Shown here: piece after piece, positions 1-12,112 of the stretch
Layout of the letters: every line of letters begins with the position of its first letter
Numbering within the stretch: the first letter of the stretch is position 1
Source: Octopus bimaculoides
Lineage: Eukaryota
Direction of reading: 5' to 3'
Assembly (NCBI RefSeq): GCF_001194135.2
Contig: NC_068985.1
Span: forward strand, 29,944,378-29,996,013
DNA length: 51,636 nt
Notes under the pieces: generated by a model
What the model saw: only the letters and a program-made list of their open reading frames with translations
What the model was told of the DNA's origin: nothing
Database searches by the model: none
Translations under genes and position numbers: made by a program

Positions 1-383
1 GGCGGCCCAATGGATTTCCTTCATGGTAGAATTAATAGTCAAGACTATTTAAGCATTTTATCTGACCAAATTCATCCTATGGTTGCGGAAGTTGAACAGC
101 TTATCTGGCTACCACATTCCCCAAATCTCAATATTATTGAATACGGTGCATTTTAGAAAAACAAATAAGGAGTCCATATCCTCCACCACCATCACTACAA
201 GAACTGGAGACTGTTTTAGCTGAAGAATGGACAAAAATTGTTTTGGAAACAATTCAGACTTTGTACGGGTCCATACCTCGTAGAATTCAAGCTGTAATTA
301 CTGCCAAAGGCGGTCCTACCCCATATTAAAATAAATTTGTTCGAAATTTTAAAGTGTTTCCATTATTTTGTCCAACCCCTTTA
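1..383 (+). mobile_element. Tc1-family transposon 3' end (frameshifted transposase C-terminus + right TIR + TA)
   Basis: Frame 1 reads GPMDFLHGRINSQDYLSILSDQIHPMVAEVEQLIWLPHSPNLNIIE (a WPxxSPDLNPIE motif). After a frameshift it reads CILEKQIRSPYPPPPSLQELETVLAEEW...SIPRRIQAVITAKGGPTPY*, with the stop at 327-329. A TIR-like gtttccattattttgtccaacccctt (about 356-381) is followed by TA. Confidence 0.9.
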
Positions 384-406
384 TAAATATATATATATAT
401 ATATAT

Positions 407-900
407 GATTTTGAGGAACCAATTGAAATGGTGTGGTCATATTGTTCGAATGGCAGATGGCCACATGCCGAAACAGCTGTTTTATGGTTAGCTTGCAGAG
501 GGGAAACGTTATCGGTGTAAATCTAAAAAGAGGTTTAAGAACGGCATAAGGATTACTATGAAGTCACTTGGAATGGTTCCAGAAGATATAGAAACCCTTG
601 CTTCAGATCGAGTTGGAGGGCAAACAAAGGCGTGGAGTGGAGTGAAAGCATTTGAAGGGGCTAGGATAACGCAAGTAAGACTGAAAAGAGATCTATGGAA
701 GAATGTAACGATCGAGAAGTTGAATGACAATGACCTTTTTGTGTACACAGTTTGTGACAGACCATACCTGTCTTTTGCTGGCCTCAAATCTCATCTGCGA
801 ACGCATAGAAAACGAACCTTCAACTATTCTGCCTATATGTCTGTGCACACCTTTGAATGCAGTGTGTATGCCAGAAGGTTTGCAAATTCAACGGAGGCCT
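407..900 (+). mobile_element. RTE-clade (BovB-like) LINE, 3' ORF remnant with C2H2-like zinc finger
   Basis: Reads LRNQLKWCGHIVRMADGHMPKQLFYG*LAEGKRYRCKSKKRFK...IETLASDR, matching the RTE C-terminal QLRWxGHVxRM..PKQLLYGEL motif. Then comes a decayed finger TVCDRPYLSFAGLKSHLRTH and a second FECSVYARRF remnant. Contains in-frame stops. Confidence 0.85.
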
Positions 901-1026
901 CAAAAGAAATTTTAAGATACACAAAGAACAGAACTTATCTGCAGCTCTTGGTGGCCCAAACCGGAGGTGCAATCTGTGTGGGTGTCACAGGAGGTGGTCA
1001 AACTCTGCATAGAGAGTAGACAACCA

Positions 1027-1083
<57 letters not shown>

Positions 1084-1421
1084 CATACACGTATGTATGT
1101 ATGGTATGTATGGTATGCATGTATGTATATGTTTATATATATACGCACATAGGGAACGTGAGCTAGTGAGTGAGTGAACAAGTGAGTGAGCTAAGAAAGG
1201 AATATGGGGACAGTCAAATTAATAGTCGGGTGTAACTTAAATAGTATGTGTGTGTGCATATGAATGCACATTCACACAAAAATACTCATATACACACTAC
1301 ACTCATGCATATGCCCACGCACGCACGCGCGCACATACACATGCTCACACATATATAGCTACCATTATCTGTCACAACCAGCAACCCATAGCTTCGTTGC
1401 AGTATTAATAGACTGGTGTTA

Positions 1422-1461
<40 letters not shown>

Positions 1462-2689
1462 NNNNNNNNNNNNNNNNNNNNNNNNNNNNNNNNNNNNNNN
1501 NNNNNNNNNNNNNNNNNNNNNNNNNNNNNNNNNNNNNNNNNNNNNNNNNNNNNNNNNNNNNNNNNNNNNNNNNNNNNNNNNNNNNNNNNNNNNNNNNNNN
1601 NNNNNNNNNNNNNNNNNNNNNNNNNNNNNNNNNNNNNNNNNNNNNNNNNNNNGTGTAAGTTAGCACAGTGAAAAACACCCTTAGAATTCTAAGGGGATTT
1701 GCGGCATATAAGTTAAGGAGTGATATACCGAATAACGTATGCAAAACATTCGAAATTAACTGAAATTTCCCTCTTATTTTGCAGCTTAGTTTGCCAAGAA
1801 ACCGTCCAATGAAGTTCATAAAATCTAATAAATCAGTGTCCCACGATAAAAGGGCGGAGGCGGCTAGGCTAAAAAAAAAAGGGTGGGGGGGGGGAAGAAT
1901 TCTAAAGTTTCGAGTAGGACCCTTTACTGAGAGACTATTTTAAGCAGCATAATGTTAAATTCTCCAATGCTGGTTTCTGTGTAGAGAACACATATAGTTT
2001 AGTAGAGGCAAAAATAGATTTTAATCAATAGAAATTAAAGCGGTAATGACAAGAAACGTTATGGGGCATTAATGACAGTTCTTCACATGAAGGACTAGAA
2101 AGAGAATTTTGAAATTTAAATTGACCTAAAATTGATCTAAAATTGATCTGAAATATAAATTGATCTACAATTACAAGGCAGTGGAAAGTGAATCTGACCT
2201 TTGATAAATGTTAGGACAACTCCATAGACTCTACCCCAACGAAGTATTATAGCCGAAAGTGGTTATCAACTATTTGCACTTCAACGCCCACGTTTCGCCA
2301 AATGGCATTTTACAAACGTCCTCTTTCTCACGTTTTGCAAAATAAAGCCAAAAAGTACAATAGATAAATAAATAAATAAATAAATAAAAAATAGGAATAA
2401 AATAAAATTAATCAAAAACGCAGCATATTATTTTAATCTAACAAAGTTAATTTTGCGCAATGGCTTATCTATATTTTCTTATATTATCCCCTTTGTTAAA
2501 TTTTTATGGCGAAAACTAAAAAAGTGGGGACTTGTATAATAACAGTTGAATTCTTGCTCACAGATAGCACAATGTCTTGTAGAAATTTTAATTCGGAGAA
2601 AGATTTCATTGAAAACGGGTTTTTTTAAATATGCTGTTACATTTGGCTTAAATATTATATAAAAAAAAAATCCCAGCACCTCTGAACCC

Positions 2690-2776
2690 ATGCGCTCTCA
2701 TTGCGACCCTACAGGACCCTCTTGTGAGCTCACAACACCCTCAAAGAGGTGCTACTGCCCAGGTTGGAAATCATTG
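2690..2776. mobile_element. hAT-like (Charlie/Tip100-type) terminal fragment
   Basis: Ends in cccaggttggaaatcattg, whose reverse complement resembles the CAGTGGTTCCCAACCT hAT TIR. A gcgaccc subterminal motif precedes it. No partner end was located. Confidence 0.4.
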
Positions 2777-3004
2777 TATAACATATTTACTAGTTCCTAG
2801 AAAAACTCAGAGGAAATAGTTTTGATGTAAAGATTATTCACTTAGACAATTTACAGTAAGAACATTGTAGATTTTCTTAGGGTACGTTCTGTATGACGAA
2901 ACATTTTGTTGAGTGCAGGATAACAGATCAATAATAATTGTTAATCAGACATAGGTATATCAGAAAAATTACCAGACTAATCAATACAGCCTATCATAAG
3001 ATCC

Positions 3005-3304
3005 GGTCCTTGTTACGGTGTGGTGGCTTATGTGCCACAATAACCCTGAAAATTATGCCAGCTATGCTGAGAGAACCTCCAGTGCTGGACAGGTTAAAGG
3101 ACAAAAGCCAGATAAATATGGACCGCCTCTTCCTAGAGGTAACATTGGACCAACACCTCTACCTACAGAAAAAAGTGGCAGAAGAATCGGTGACAATTCA
3201 AAACCAACAAAACCTGAGAGAGAAAAAGAAAAAAAATCGAGAATTGAGAAAAATCATCGATGTCCCTTACCCTATAAGGAGCAAGGCGCATGAGTAAATA
3301 AATA
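3005..3304 (+). mobile_element. Short RTE-derived non-autonomous element (5' leader fused to 3' end)
   Basis: The 5' part (ggtggcttatgtgccacaataaccctgaaaattatgccag...gctggacaggttaaaggacaaaagccaga) resembles RTE 5' leaders as I recall them. The 3' part reads NRELRKIIDVPYPIRSKAHE* (like the RTE terminal DRxxWRxxxxALCxxR) and ends in a gagtaaataaata tail. Confidence 0.45.
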
Positions 3305-3877
3305 TATCTTTCTGTCTTCTGTCGCTGCTATAAAAGTCTTTGTTCTTTGGAGCTAGATGGTCTTCTGCCTCTACCATCGGGACACTCCAGATCCACTCGT
3401 CTCTCTATCCCTCACCGGACTTGTTATGTTCATAGGCTCTTTGGTTGGGAAGTAAGCTTCTTACCATAGTCACGCCTGCGCCTAGAAGTGCGTGAACGAA
3501 ATTTGATAAAGGGATACAAATCCAATTTTTTAGGAGGATGTTCAAAACGTTTTCATTGCAACCCTAAACATTTTAGAGATTGCGCTTGCACCCCATCCCA
3601 CTGAACTACATGTTCTCGAGCCTATGTCAAAAGGGTTAATGTGTCAGTGACCCCAGTATTCCACAGACACTCAAAATCAGCCTGGCAGGGCATGTGCTAA
3701 ATCTGGGCCTTTATATAACAGGCGCAGGCCATCTGATGTGTTCCCATGCAGTTTCTGAGTACTCGATTTCATCCAGAAGGCTCGAGTAGACACGAGGCTA
3801 TGATTAAACACATTTGCCTCCGGAATCGTAGCATACCTTTTCCCCAGTCTGCTATGCCTACGTCTATATACACATCG

Positions 3878-3931
<54 letters not shown>

Positions 3932-4722
3932 ACACACATTCATGAACGTTTGCATGTTCACTCAGTCCTGTACAGGGGTATGCATATGTATACATGTACA
4001 TGCATATATATGCACAGACACACATACACGCACACAAGCACACACAAATACAAAGACACACATATGCATGCGCATAGACATGCATTCATACGCACGAACG
4101 TATTACATATACACCTCCACACGTATACATACACACACTTATACACGCATGCGAATTCGTATGCACACAGATACACATGCGCACATTTACACACATGTAC
4201 CCAAATACGTACAGACATACAAATATACGTACACAAACATATACATACACATAAACACACACAACGTAAATCTACACACACATCCACACATCCTTACATA
4301 CACTTATGATGGCGGTGGTATTGGTGGTGGTGGTTGTGGTGGCGGTGGTATTGGTTGTGGCAGTAGTAATGGTGGTAGCAGTGGAGGCGGGGTATTTTGG
4401 TGGTGGTATGGTAACAATTGTAGTTAGCAAAAGGCCTAACTACACACACACACACACACACACAAGATAGTCCTCCACCACCACCAACAACAACAACAAC
4501 AACAACAACGCCAGTATCAACACCGCCATTAACACTATCTAGGATTCTTCTCCTGCACCCAAAGGAAATATAACTGAGCTCGAGGTGAAAGCTGAGGTGG
4601 GACAGAGAGGTGAGATTAGTTCAGCCAACCACACTGACCTGCTGCTGAATGGCAACCTCGGGGTAAATTGGTTTGGACGGTGGGACAAAGGGTGAGATAG
4701 AAATTGACAGAGAAGTAAATAG

Positions 4723-4759
<37 letters not shown>

Positions 4760-5186
4760 TAGATAGATAGAAGAGAAAGGAGAGAGGGAAGGGGACGATC
4801 TTGTCAGTTATATATGTGTGTACACAGTTGATGTACTTTGTGTATCTATGTGTGTATGTCTGGTAACGTGTGAGTGTAATAATGTGTGTTTGTGTGTATA
4901 TAGAAATGTGTATGGCTACTAAAGTGTGAATTGAAGTTTGTTTACTTGTCTGTATGTACTAATCTCTGTGCCTTTATGGCCTAATGTGAGTGTTTTTGTG
5001 TGGGTAATTGTGTATGTTTATATGTGTGTGTGTATGTGCCATTGTGCAAGTACATGTGTATAACGCGTGCATGCATGTGTGAATACGTGCACGCTTCTAT
5101 GTCTGTGTTTCTAATTGCAGATGTCGTTCTGTAATTATGTAGTTATGTGTGAATATGTTTTACTGCATTTGCATGTGTGCGTGTGC

Positions 5187-5276
<90 letters not shown>

Positions 5277-5289
5277 ACGCGCGTTTTGC

Positions 5290-5700
5290 ACGTGTATTTG
5301 CAAATTCTAATGACCTGTTTCTCGCTTCAGAGTCTGTCAAAGAGCAGCAGAGAAAATTCCAAACCTGGAAGCATTGTTCAGAGTTCAAAAAGCCTAAAGG
5401 TCAACATTGTAAAGACCAAAGTACTGGATAATAAGAGGAGTACGAAATCCTACTGGCCTCGGGGAAGTGGTCTTGTTTGATATGTAGGAAAGGAGTTGGT
5501 AGGAACTCCACACTGTGTACACACGGCGCACACAATATACAGTTGGCTATCTGGAAGATTGACGGAGAACTAATAATTCAAATACATTAGACATACAGAA
5601 ATACTTAACGGTTTGAGGCACCCATGAAAAGAAGTCTCTAAATTGCTCAAATGGATGACTTGACTTAGAACAATAGTTCCTATCACCTAGGTGAACTATT
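5290..5700 (+). mobile_element. RTE/RTE-X LINE reverse transcriptase remnant
   Basis: Reads FANSNDLFLASESVKEQQRKFQTWK (decayed YADDL...), then LKVNIVKTKVL, GKWSCLICRKGVGRNSTLCT (Cys-rich insert) and a NSSYHLG variant of VDSFCYLG. Frameshifted. Confidence 0.8.
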
Positions 5701-6000
5701 CAAATAGAACTGGAGTTGGTTGTGGCGATAGAATAGTAATAGAGTGAGAGTAAAGAGATTAGAGGAACCTGTGATATAAGGTCTCTAAGCTGTGCAAATG
5801 TGCAAATGTGTGACTAGACATAGTTAATAGTTTCTGCTATCTAGGAGATGTTTGTAGCGATAGAACAGTAGCGAGTGTGTGTTATGACAGATGCAAAAGA
5901 ATATTTGGTAGTTAGAGGAACTTATAGTGTAAGGTTTCAAAGTTGCTCCCATGTGTAGATGTGTGACTAAGCATAGTCAATAGTTCCTGTTACCTAGATA
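5628..6000 (+). repeat. About 153-bp degenerate tandem repeat derived from the LINE RT (DSFCYLG segment)
   Basis: aatagtt(c/t)ct..ta(c/t)ctag recurs at about 5672, 5827 and 5979. ttagaggaac recurs at about 5759 and 5912. Confidence 0.7.
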
Positions 6001-6244
6001 ATTGTAGTCAAGAAGAGAAAAGCAGCACCCGTGGCCCATCGTTTTCTTAGGATCCCCGAGATTAGTAGAAGGAAGGGAAGATATCCTGAAAGTAGAAACC
6101 TGACCGGAATGCTTACAACATATTGAAATCTGCTAACGGTACCCAAGTACCGGTTGACGGATTAAAGCTATCAGCCGAGAACTCAGGGGGCGAACAACTG
6201 GAACATATATTGCACTTTCCAAAACTTTCACTAGTCTACTGACA

Positions 6245-6390
6245 TTGGACTGATACTCATTTTAGCGACTTCCAAAATACTGAAAGCCCAAGTTGACTTC
6301 AGTGGAATTTGAAGTCACAGTGCAGATAGCTGAAAAAATACTACAAAAGTATGTCCCCCTATGCTAGAACTACTCTGCCAGTTCGCCAAA
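6245..6390 (-). mobile_element. Diverged tRNA-derived SINE (family A, ggcggcgagctggcag head)
   Basis: Decayed match to the family A copies at 43095-43325 (actgatactcattttagcgac...agttgacttcagtggaatttgaagtcac...gccagttcgcc). Confidence 0.65.
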
Positions 6391-6429
6391 TATGCTAAGT
6401 GTAATAAGCACATCATAGGAGCACCCATA

Positions 6430-6530
6430 AAATTTAGCCTCTCAACCAATCATAGTTGATAGTTTCTGTTATCTAGGTGATGTATTTAGTCCTGCAGACG
6501 GTTGAGAGTGTTAGTATCGTCTGTGAAATT
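6430..6530 (+). mobile_element. Further RTE-X RT fragment (IVDSFCYLGDVFS)
   Basis: atagttgatagtttctgttatctaggtgatgtatttagt translates as IVDSFCYLGDVFS. It continues the element at 5290-6000. Confidence 0.7.
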
Positions 6531-6599
6531 GAAGTAGAAACTCAAGGAACACTTACGTCTATTGGTAACAAACAGTTTTTTTATGCAGACTGTACGAAA

Positions 6600-7760
6600 C
6601 ACGTAAAAGAATTATGATGATCCAAATTTGTGAGCCAAAAAGAGTTTATTGTTGTTGGTTATGTTGCTAAATTGTAGTTTTGTAACAAAAAAAACATAAA
6701 CGCAGAAAAGGCTGTCTGCTTCGATGGAAGTTGAAGGGATATTGCTGGGGACGAAGAATAACTTCTGCATATTAACAGTTCTATGTTCCGTAATTTCAAT
6801 AATTTTCATGCCTTTTACAATATTTTTTTTTCTTTAAATCATAAAATCATAAAATAGTCGAATGCTTTCTCGATTATTTCAAACACCTTTATTAATGACA
6901 AAGTTTAATCGCTTTTGTACGAACGTTTCTTTTGATGAGGTCTATACTTCCATTATTCTGTATTTGAATTCAGAAAAGAAAGTTGAATATTCTTTCAAAC
7001 GGTTTCTTTGCGATAGCAAAATTAGAAATGAGTTAAGTACATCTAAAATTAAAATGAGATTATTGAAAATACTTCTATCCAATCAGATGCCTATTTCTTG
7101 GCTGTTGGGTTCTTTTCTTCCCACATTTTCTCAGCAAGAGGGACATTGGAGTATTTTGTTAAAGAAGTTTGCACCTTTTTATCAAGTTTTTCAGCTTTAG
7201 TTTTAATTGGTTCCAATGCTGATAAAACAGCATGAATAGCATGAAGTTTATTGTCTGAAAATCTGAGAGGTTGCTTCTTATCGATCATAACGTTTGCAAA
7301 GCAACTTTTAAGAACACAAAATCTCTCTAATATTGCAAATAAACTATTCCATCTTGTCTCAGTATCATTGAGTAATGACAATTCATGGGTATTGTCTTCT
7401 TTAACATATTTCTGATGCATTGCATTTTTTGTAGGAGACCTTCGAAATGAATAGGCACGTTTTTTCACTTTTTAATGACATAGCCATCGCTGTTTTTCTT
7501 CAGCGAGAGTATCTTCTGCAATGGGAATTATTCCACTTAGTTTAGTTCACTGTAGATCGACATAATTGTTAAACACATTCATAATTACAGAATCTACATT
7601 TTGATCATTATAGTCAAATGTACCGTCAAACTCATCATTGCAAACGTCATTAGTTAAATTAACCTAACTGCAGTTTGATTAAGCTTTTTTTCTATAAAGA
7701 ACCACATGAAGTCCATGTTCACAGAACCGTCTAAAGGTATGGGCAAACTAAGCTGTTGCC
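6600..7760 (-). mobile_element. hAT transposase pseudogene
   Basis: The minus strand has a CxxH-like FCEHGLHVVLY (about 7700), an acidic spacer, FRRSPTKN...LSLLNDTETRWNSLFAILERF (TRWNS motif), LSALEPIK, and a dimerisation-domain IPSTSIEADSLF...FVTKL. Multiple stops and frameshifts; no TIRs found. Confidence 0.85.
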
Positions 7761-8404
7761 CATATTTAACCATATTCAGAATAAGTCATGTAGTTATGTA
7801 GGTTTGGCAGTTTATCCATTTTGTCTCCTTGCTGGGGGATTAAGTGACTATGAAATCATCTATAATTCTTATGTGAAATGTGGAGAGGCAGAACTTTACA
7901 GTTTTTATTAGTTAAATATTTATATAGCTTAATTTTGATGTAAAAGATAAGGCAGACACTCGATGGTGTAATTTGTAACAGTCATTTGCAATGCGATAAA
8001 CATGAAGTCTGAGTACGTCAAAGGGTATGTTCTCTTTGTATCCTAGATTACAGCTTATCATGTAGTTCCCTATATGTGTGTGTGTGGATGTCCGTGTGTG
8101 TATATGTGTGTGTATGCGTGTATGTGTGTGTATGTATGTTATGAGTGTGTGTATGTATGTGTATGTTTGTGTATGCGTGCGTGCGTGTGTGTGTGTGCGT
8201 GTACGTGCGTGCGTGTGTGTGTGTGTGTGTGTGTGCGTGTGCGTGTGCGTACGTGCGCGCGCGCGCGATTAATTCAGTAATAATTTCGAATTGATTCCAA
8301 CAAGTTGCAGCTTGTTAGAATAAAAGTAAATGAATTTCGGAAACTCTGTTTGCTATACACATTTAGATTATTATGTAGAGTACATACATACATACATACA
8401 TACA

Positions 8405-8512
8405 TACATACTACCAACAGATTTGCACAAAAACCTAGAAATACTCGGTTTCACGAAGAAAGAACAAAAGAAACCGACGCGGAATTTTAATGGTACAATG
8501 AAGATTTGTAAT
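8405..8512 (+). mobile_element. R4/Dong-clade LINE, extreme 3' ORF fragment
   Basis: YILPTDLHKNLEILGFTKKEQKK...GTMKIC parallels the RLE C-terminus at 46290-46430 (GYILTRLEQ...SGTIKTCKNF). It begins within the (TACA)n tract at 8381-8410. Confidence 0.6.
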
Positions 8513-9664
8513 TACGGAGATGTACTTGCCTAGCAAGTGACCTAATCTAAGATCGTGTGCTGAAACAAAAGCAATTGCAGCGTGGAAGGTGTTTATAAGC
8601 CATTTAAAAACAAACAAAAACCGTTAGATTCACTTCAACATTTAAATTTAATTTGCCAAAATATTTTCTCCTTACATTTTATTGTTGTAGTTAATCATCC
8701 AATATGGCGGCGCACGTTGTTGATGTTTTCTTCAAATTTTGTTTTCCATCTATGTTGTTTCCGTTTAGTAATTTCGTTATTTTGTTCACTGTAGATTTCT
8801 CCTAGGTGTTCTTTAAAAGTCATAGCGGCTGTGTATATAAGAGTATTAATATTCCGGTAATTAACATCGCATGATTCCTTGTGCTCTCCAGCAACATCGT
8901 TGATAACCTTACACATTAGATCGGTCGGATTTTATCTCACTCGTGTTGGGAATTGTTGCTCAACGAAAGCTTTGAGAAAGTAGCAAAATTTTTAGCGAAT
9001 TGTAATTATAAAATGTCTTTGAGCTGGATGTATTCCGCAGTCTTCGCTACTGAGTCAGCTAAATTTGGAGACAGACTCGAATTTAGCGATGGCGGGAGCG
9101 GTGGTTTGTCTACATTATTTTTTACGCTGCTTCTGGCAGATTTTGACCCATTTTCAGTGTTTTGGGAGGATCAAGGACCAGTTGATTTTTTTTTACAAAA
9201 GATGCTTCATGTCAGAGCTGTTTCCCCGTGAAGGTATTTAAGTTGAGATGAGCTTCGTCCCAGTGTTGTTTTAATCGCTTCATGTATCCGATTGGAGGGT
9301 CATCTCGGGCTTTTTCATAGCACCGAAGTAAATCTTGGTTTAGTTGTTGAGTCCAAGTAAAATGAGAACACTACTTACGTCTTCTGTTTTCATCGGTGGT
9401 GACATTGTTAGTTTCATCTGTGGTGGTGTTAGGTTCAGCCATAATCGTGTTAGCGAGATTCCACGTGGTGTAGATGTTTATTTAAAATCTGTCCAGGATA
9501 GCGCTAAAATGGCGAGTAAAAGGTGTTTCTCTTATTAGTTGTTGGAGAAATAAACCAGTTACCGATTTAGGCTGGAGAAGTCGGCATATTTCTAGAGGAA
9601 GGCGTTCAAAACGGACTTTTTAAACGGTCATCTACACCTGCACGTCCGATGTTGACGGTGCCAT
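8513..9664 (-). mobile_element. R4/Dong-clade non-LTR retrotransposon, 5' UTR + N-terminal ORF remnant
   Basis: ATG at 9442 starts MAEPNTTTDETNNV. Later frames give FTWTQQLNQDLLRCYEKARDDPPIGYMKRLKQHWDEAH...FTGKQL, then NINTLIYTAAM and RWKTKFEENINNVRRHIG, all typical R4/Dong N-terminal motifs. There is no RT domain. The 5' end abuts (TATG)n at 9665. Confidence 0.75.
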
Positions 9665-9844
9665 TATGTATGTATGTATGTATGTATGTATGTATGTATG
9701 TATGTATGTATGTATGTATGTATGTATGTATGAGTGTGTGTTTGTATGTATGTATATAGTTTTATATACATGTTTGTATGTATGTGAGTGTGTATGTGTG
9801 TATCACCGTGCAATTGTATGCATGAATGGCTACATATTTAAAGA

Positions 9845-9990
9845 CGCAGGCATGGCGGAAAAGTTGAAAAGTTCGCTTCAAAACCATGAGGTCATAGTTT
9901 CGATCTCACTTCGTGGTATTTGGGGCATATCTCGGGTCGACCTAAACCTTCTAAGGGAAAATGGATGCACGGAAACGATAGAGATTTGCA
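9845..9990 (+). mobile_element. Diverged tRNA-derived SINE head (family B)
   Basis: gcaggcatggcgg...aaccatgaggtcatagtttcgatctcact..tggtatttgggg...acggaaac resembles the family B head at 27635. Confidence 0.5.
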
Positions 9991-10543
9991 TGTTAGCTTG
10001 ATTTGCATCCGTAATTCAAACTACCTTGCTTCTTTTAAACTGTTATGCTGATTTACCCGAGCATTATATCTAGAATATACGTATCAGTGGAATTCTCATT
10101 CGCTTATATTATCGTTGAATGAGAAGGTAGTTCAGTTGATGGACACAATTGAAATAATCATTGTCAAGACAGATGAAGATCGATTTATTTTTTTTTGCCG
10201 AAGACAGTTGGCCTTTGGAGTTGATATTTTTGCTTATTTGTTGTGCATTAATAATTTCCTCAATATGCAAAACCTGTTTGCATTAAACGCATTATAGGAC
10301 CAACCACTCGCCGAACTTTTGAAACAGCTGTAAAGCTATATCTTGTTGTAATATGAATATGTATGTTACATCGCATGTAAATTAATTACTGTCACCCATA
10401 ATTGTGTGTTCGTCTTTGGCCTATTTATTACTCGTTCGAGCTAGGCAATTTTTATGGGCAGTCCCTGTTCAGCTTGACTATTTTTATCTTGATTAGGAAG
10501 TAAGAGTTTAAGAATGTCACCAGTGAGAGCACTGATTCAGTGC

Positions 10544-10598
<55 letters not shown>

Positions 10599-10632
10599 CT
10601 TACATGTATGCATATATACATTTATATGTATG

Positions 10633-10673
<41 letters not shown>

Positions 10674-11128
10674 GTGCGTGCAACACATTTTGGTCGGTTA
10701 ACTTTCTTGCTACCCTGGAGTTTTACTTGTGTACTCACAGGGTTATCAGGCAACTTGTAAAGTGTGTCGTGTGTGTGTGTATATATGTATGTGTGTATAT
10801 GTTTCTGCATGTGTATGTCTCTGTGTGTATGTATATATGTGTATGTCTTTGTATTAGTGTGTGCACATAGAGGTGCCTTTATCCTTATGTCAGTAGAGGT
10901 AGCTGTCAGCGGGGGTATTTGTAGGAAGTAGAATATGATCCTTTGTTGGTCCCTTAACTACAGTATTTGTTTAGGGGTGTTTGGACAAAAATCTAGTTTA
11001 ATCCTCTAAACTAATCCCATTGTAATCTTACTTAATCTCCTTTATGTTATGGTGTTGAGGTGTTTTGTCCTCTCAGTGTAAGCCTGCGTGCGTGCAGGTG
11101 TTTGTATATGTGTGTATATATGTACGCA

Positions 11129-11190
<62 letters not shown>

Positions 11191-11547
11191 GAGAGTCACT
11201 TACTGTTATAGTTTCTGCAATGACAATATTGACCAAGGTTACCGTGGTCTTTTCCGTAGGCTTTTCTTTCCACGGCTAAACCTAAACTGTCCTCCCTTCT
11301 TTTTACACGAGAACATTACTGTGATACACGATCCCTATNNNNNNNNNNNNNNNNNNNNNNNNNNNNNNNNNNNNNNNNNNNNNNNNNNNNNNNNNNNNNN
11401 NNNNNNNNNNNNNNNNNNNNNNNNNNNNNNNNNNNNNNNNNNNNNNNNNNNNNNNNNNNNNNNNNNNNNNNNNNNNNNNNNNNNNNNNNNNNNNNNNNNN
11501 NNNNNNNNNNNNNNNNNNNNNNNNNNNNNNNNNNNNATGTATGTATG

Positions 11548-11606
<59 letters not shown>

Positions 11607-11643
11607 TTATTTATCAATCTGTCTGTGTATCTGTCTGTCTGTG

Positions 11644-11713
<70 letters not shown>

Positions 11714-12014
11714 CATACAGGCACGTACTTTTGTGTGAATATATCTTTATAATATAATATAATATAATATAATATAATATAATATAAATAATATATTATA
11801 TGTGCATATATATCGCTTAGGCATTGCAATACTAATAACTAGGTTTAGAACTCAATGTACATATGCTTGAGAACGAATTGTTAGTGGAGTAAAGAGCGGT
11901 TATAAGAAAAAGGAGATAACAAATGAATAAACGGTTATCTTATGAACTTCAACAGCTGTAAGCTAAGGAAGTTCATAAAGATAATCTTTTATTACTTTGT
12001 CATCCCTAATTTCT

Positions 12015-12101
<87 letters not shown>

Positions 12102-12112
12102 GTATATGTATG

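Noticed and set aside
3018-3112. Possible HDV-like ribozyme (tggct/agcca P2, CAAA junction, ccagc/gctgg P4)
   Set aside because: P1 and P1.1 could not be formed in this copy; it would need a family consensus to evaluate.
3677-3870. Minus-strand non-repetitive ORF tail and a 27-nt micro-exon candidate ending AAG|GTATGC
   Set aside because: No homology recognised; such splice-like sites arise by chance.
4543-4692. Open stretch DSSPAPKGNITELEVKAEVGQRG... with two GTGAGA donor-like sites
   Set aside because: Poor acceptor context and no recognisable protein. The two donors are copies of a local 24-bp direct repeat.
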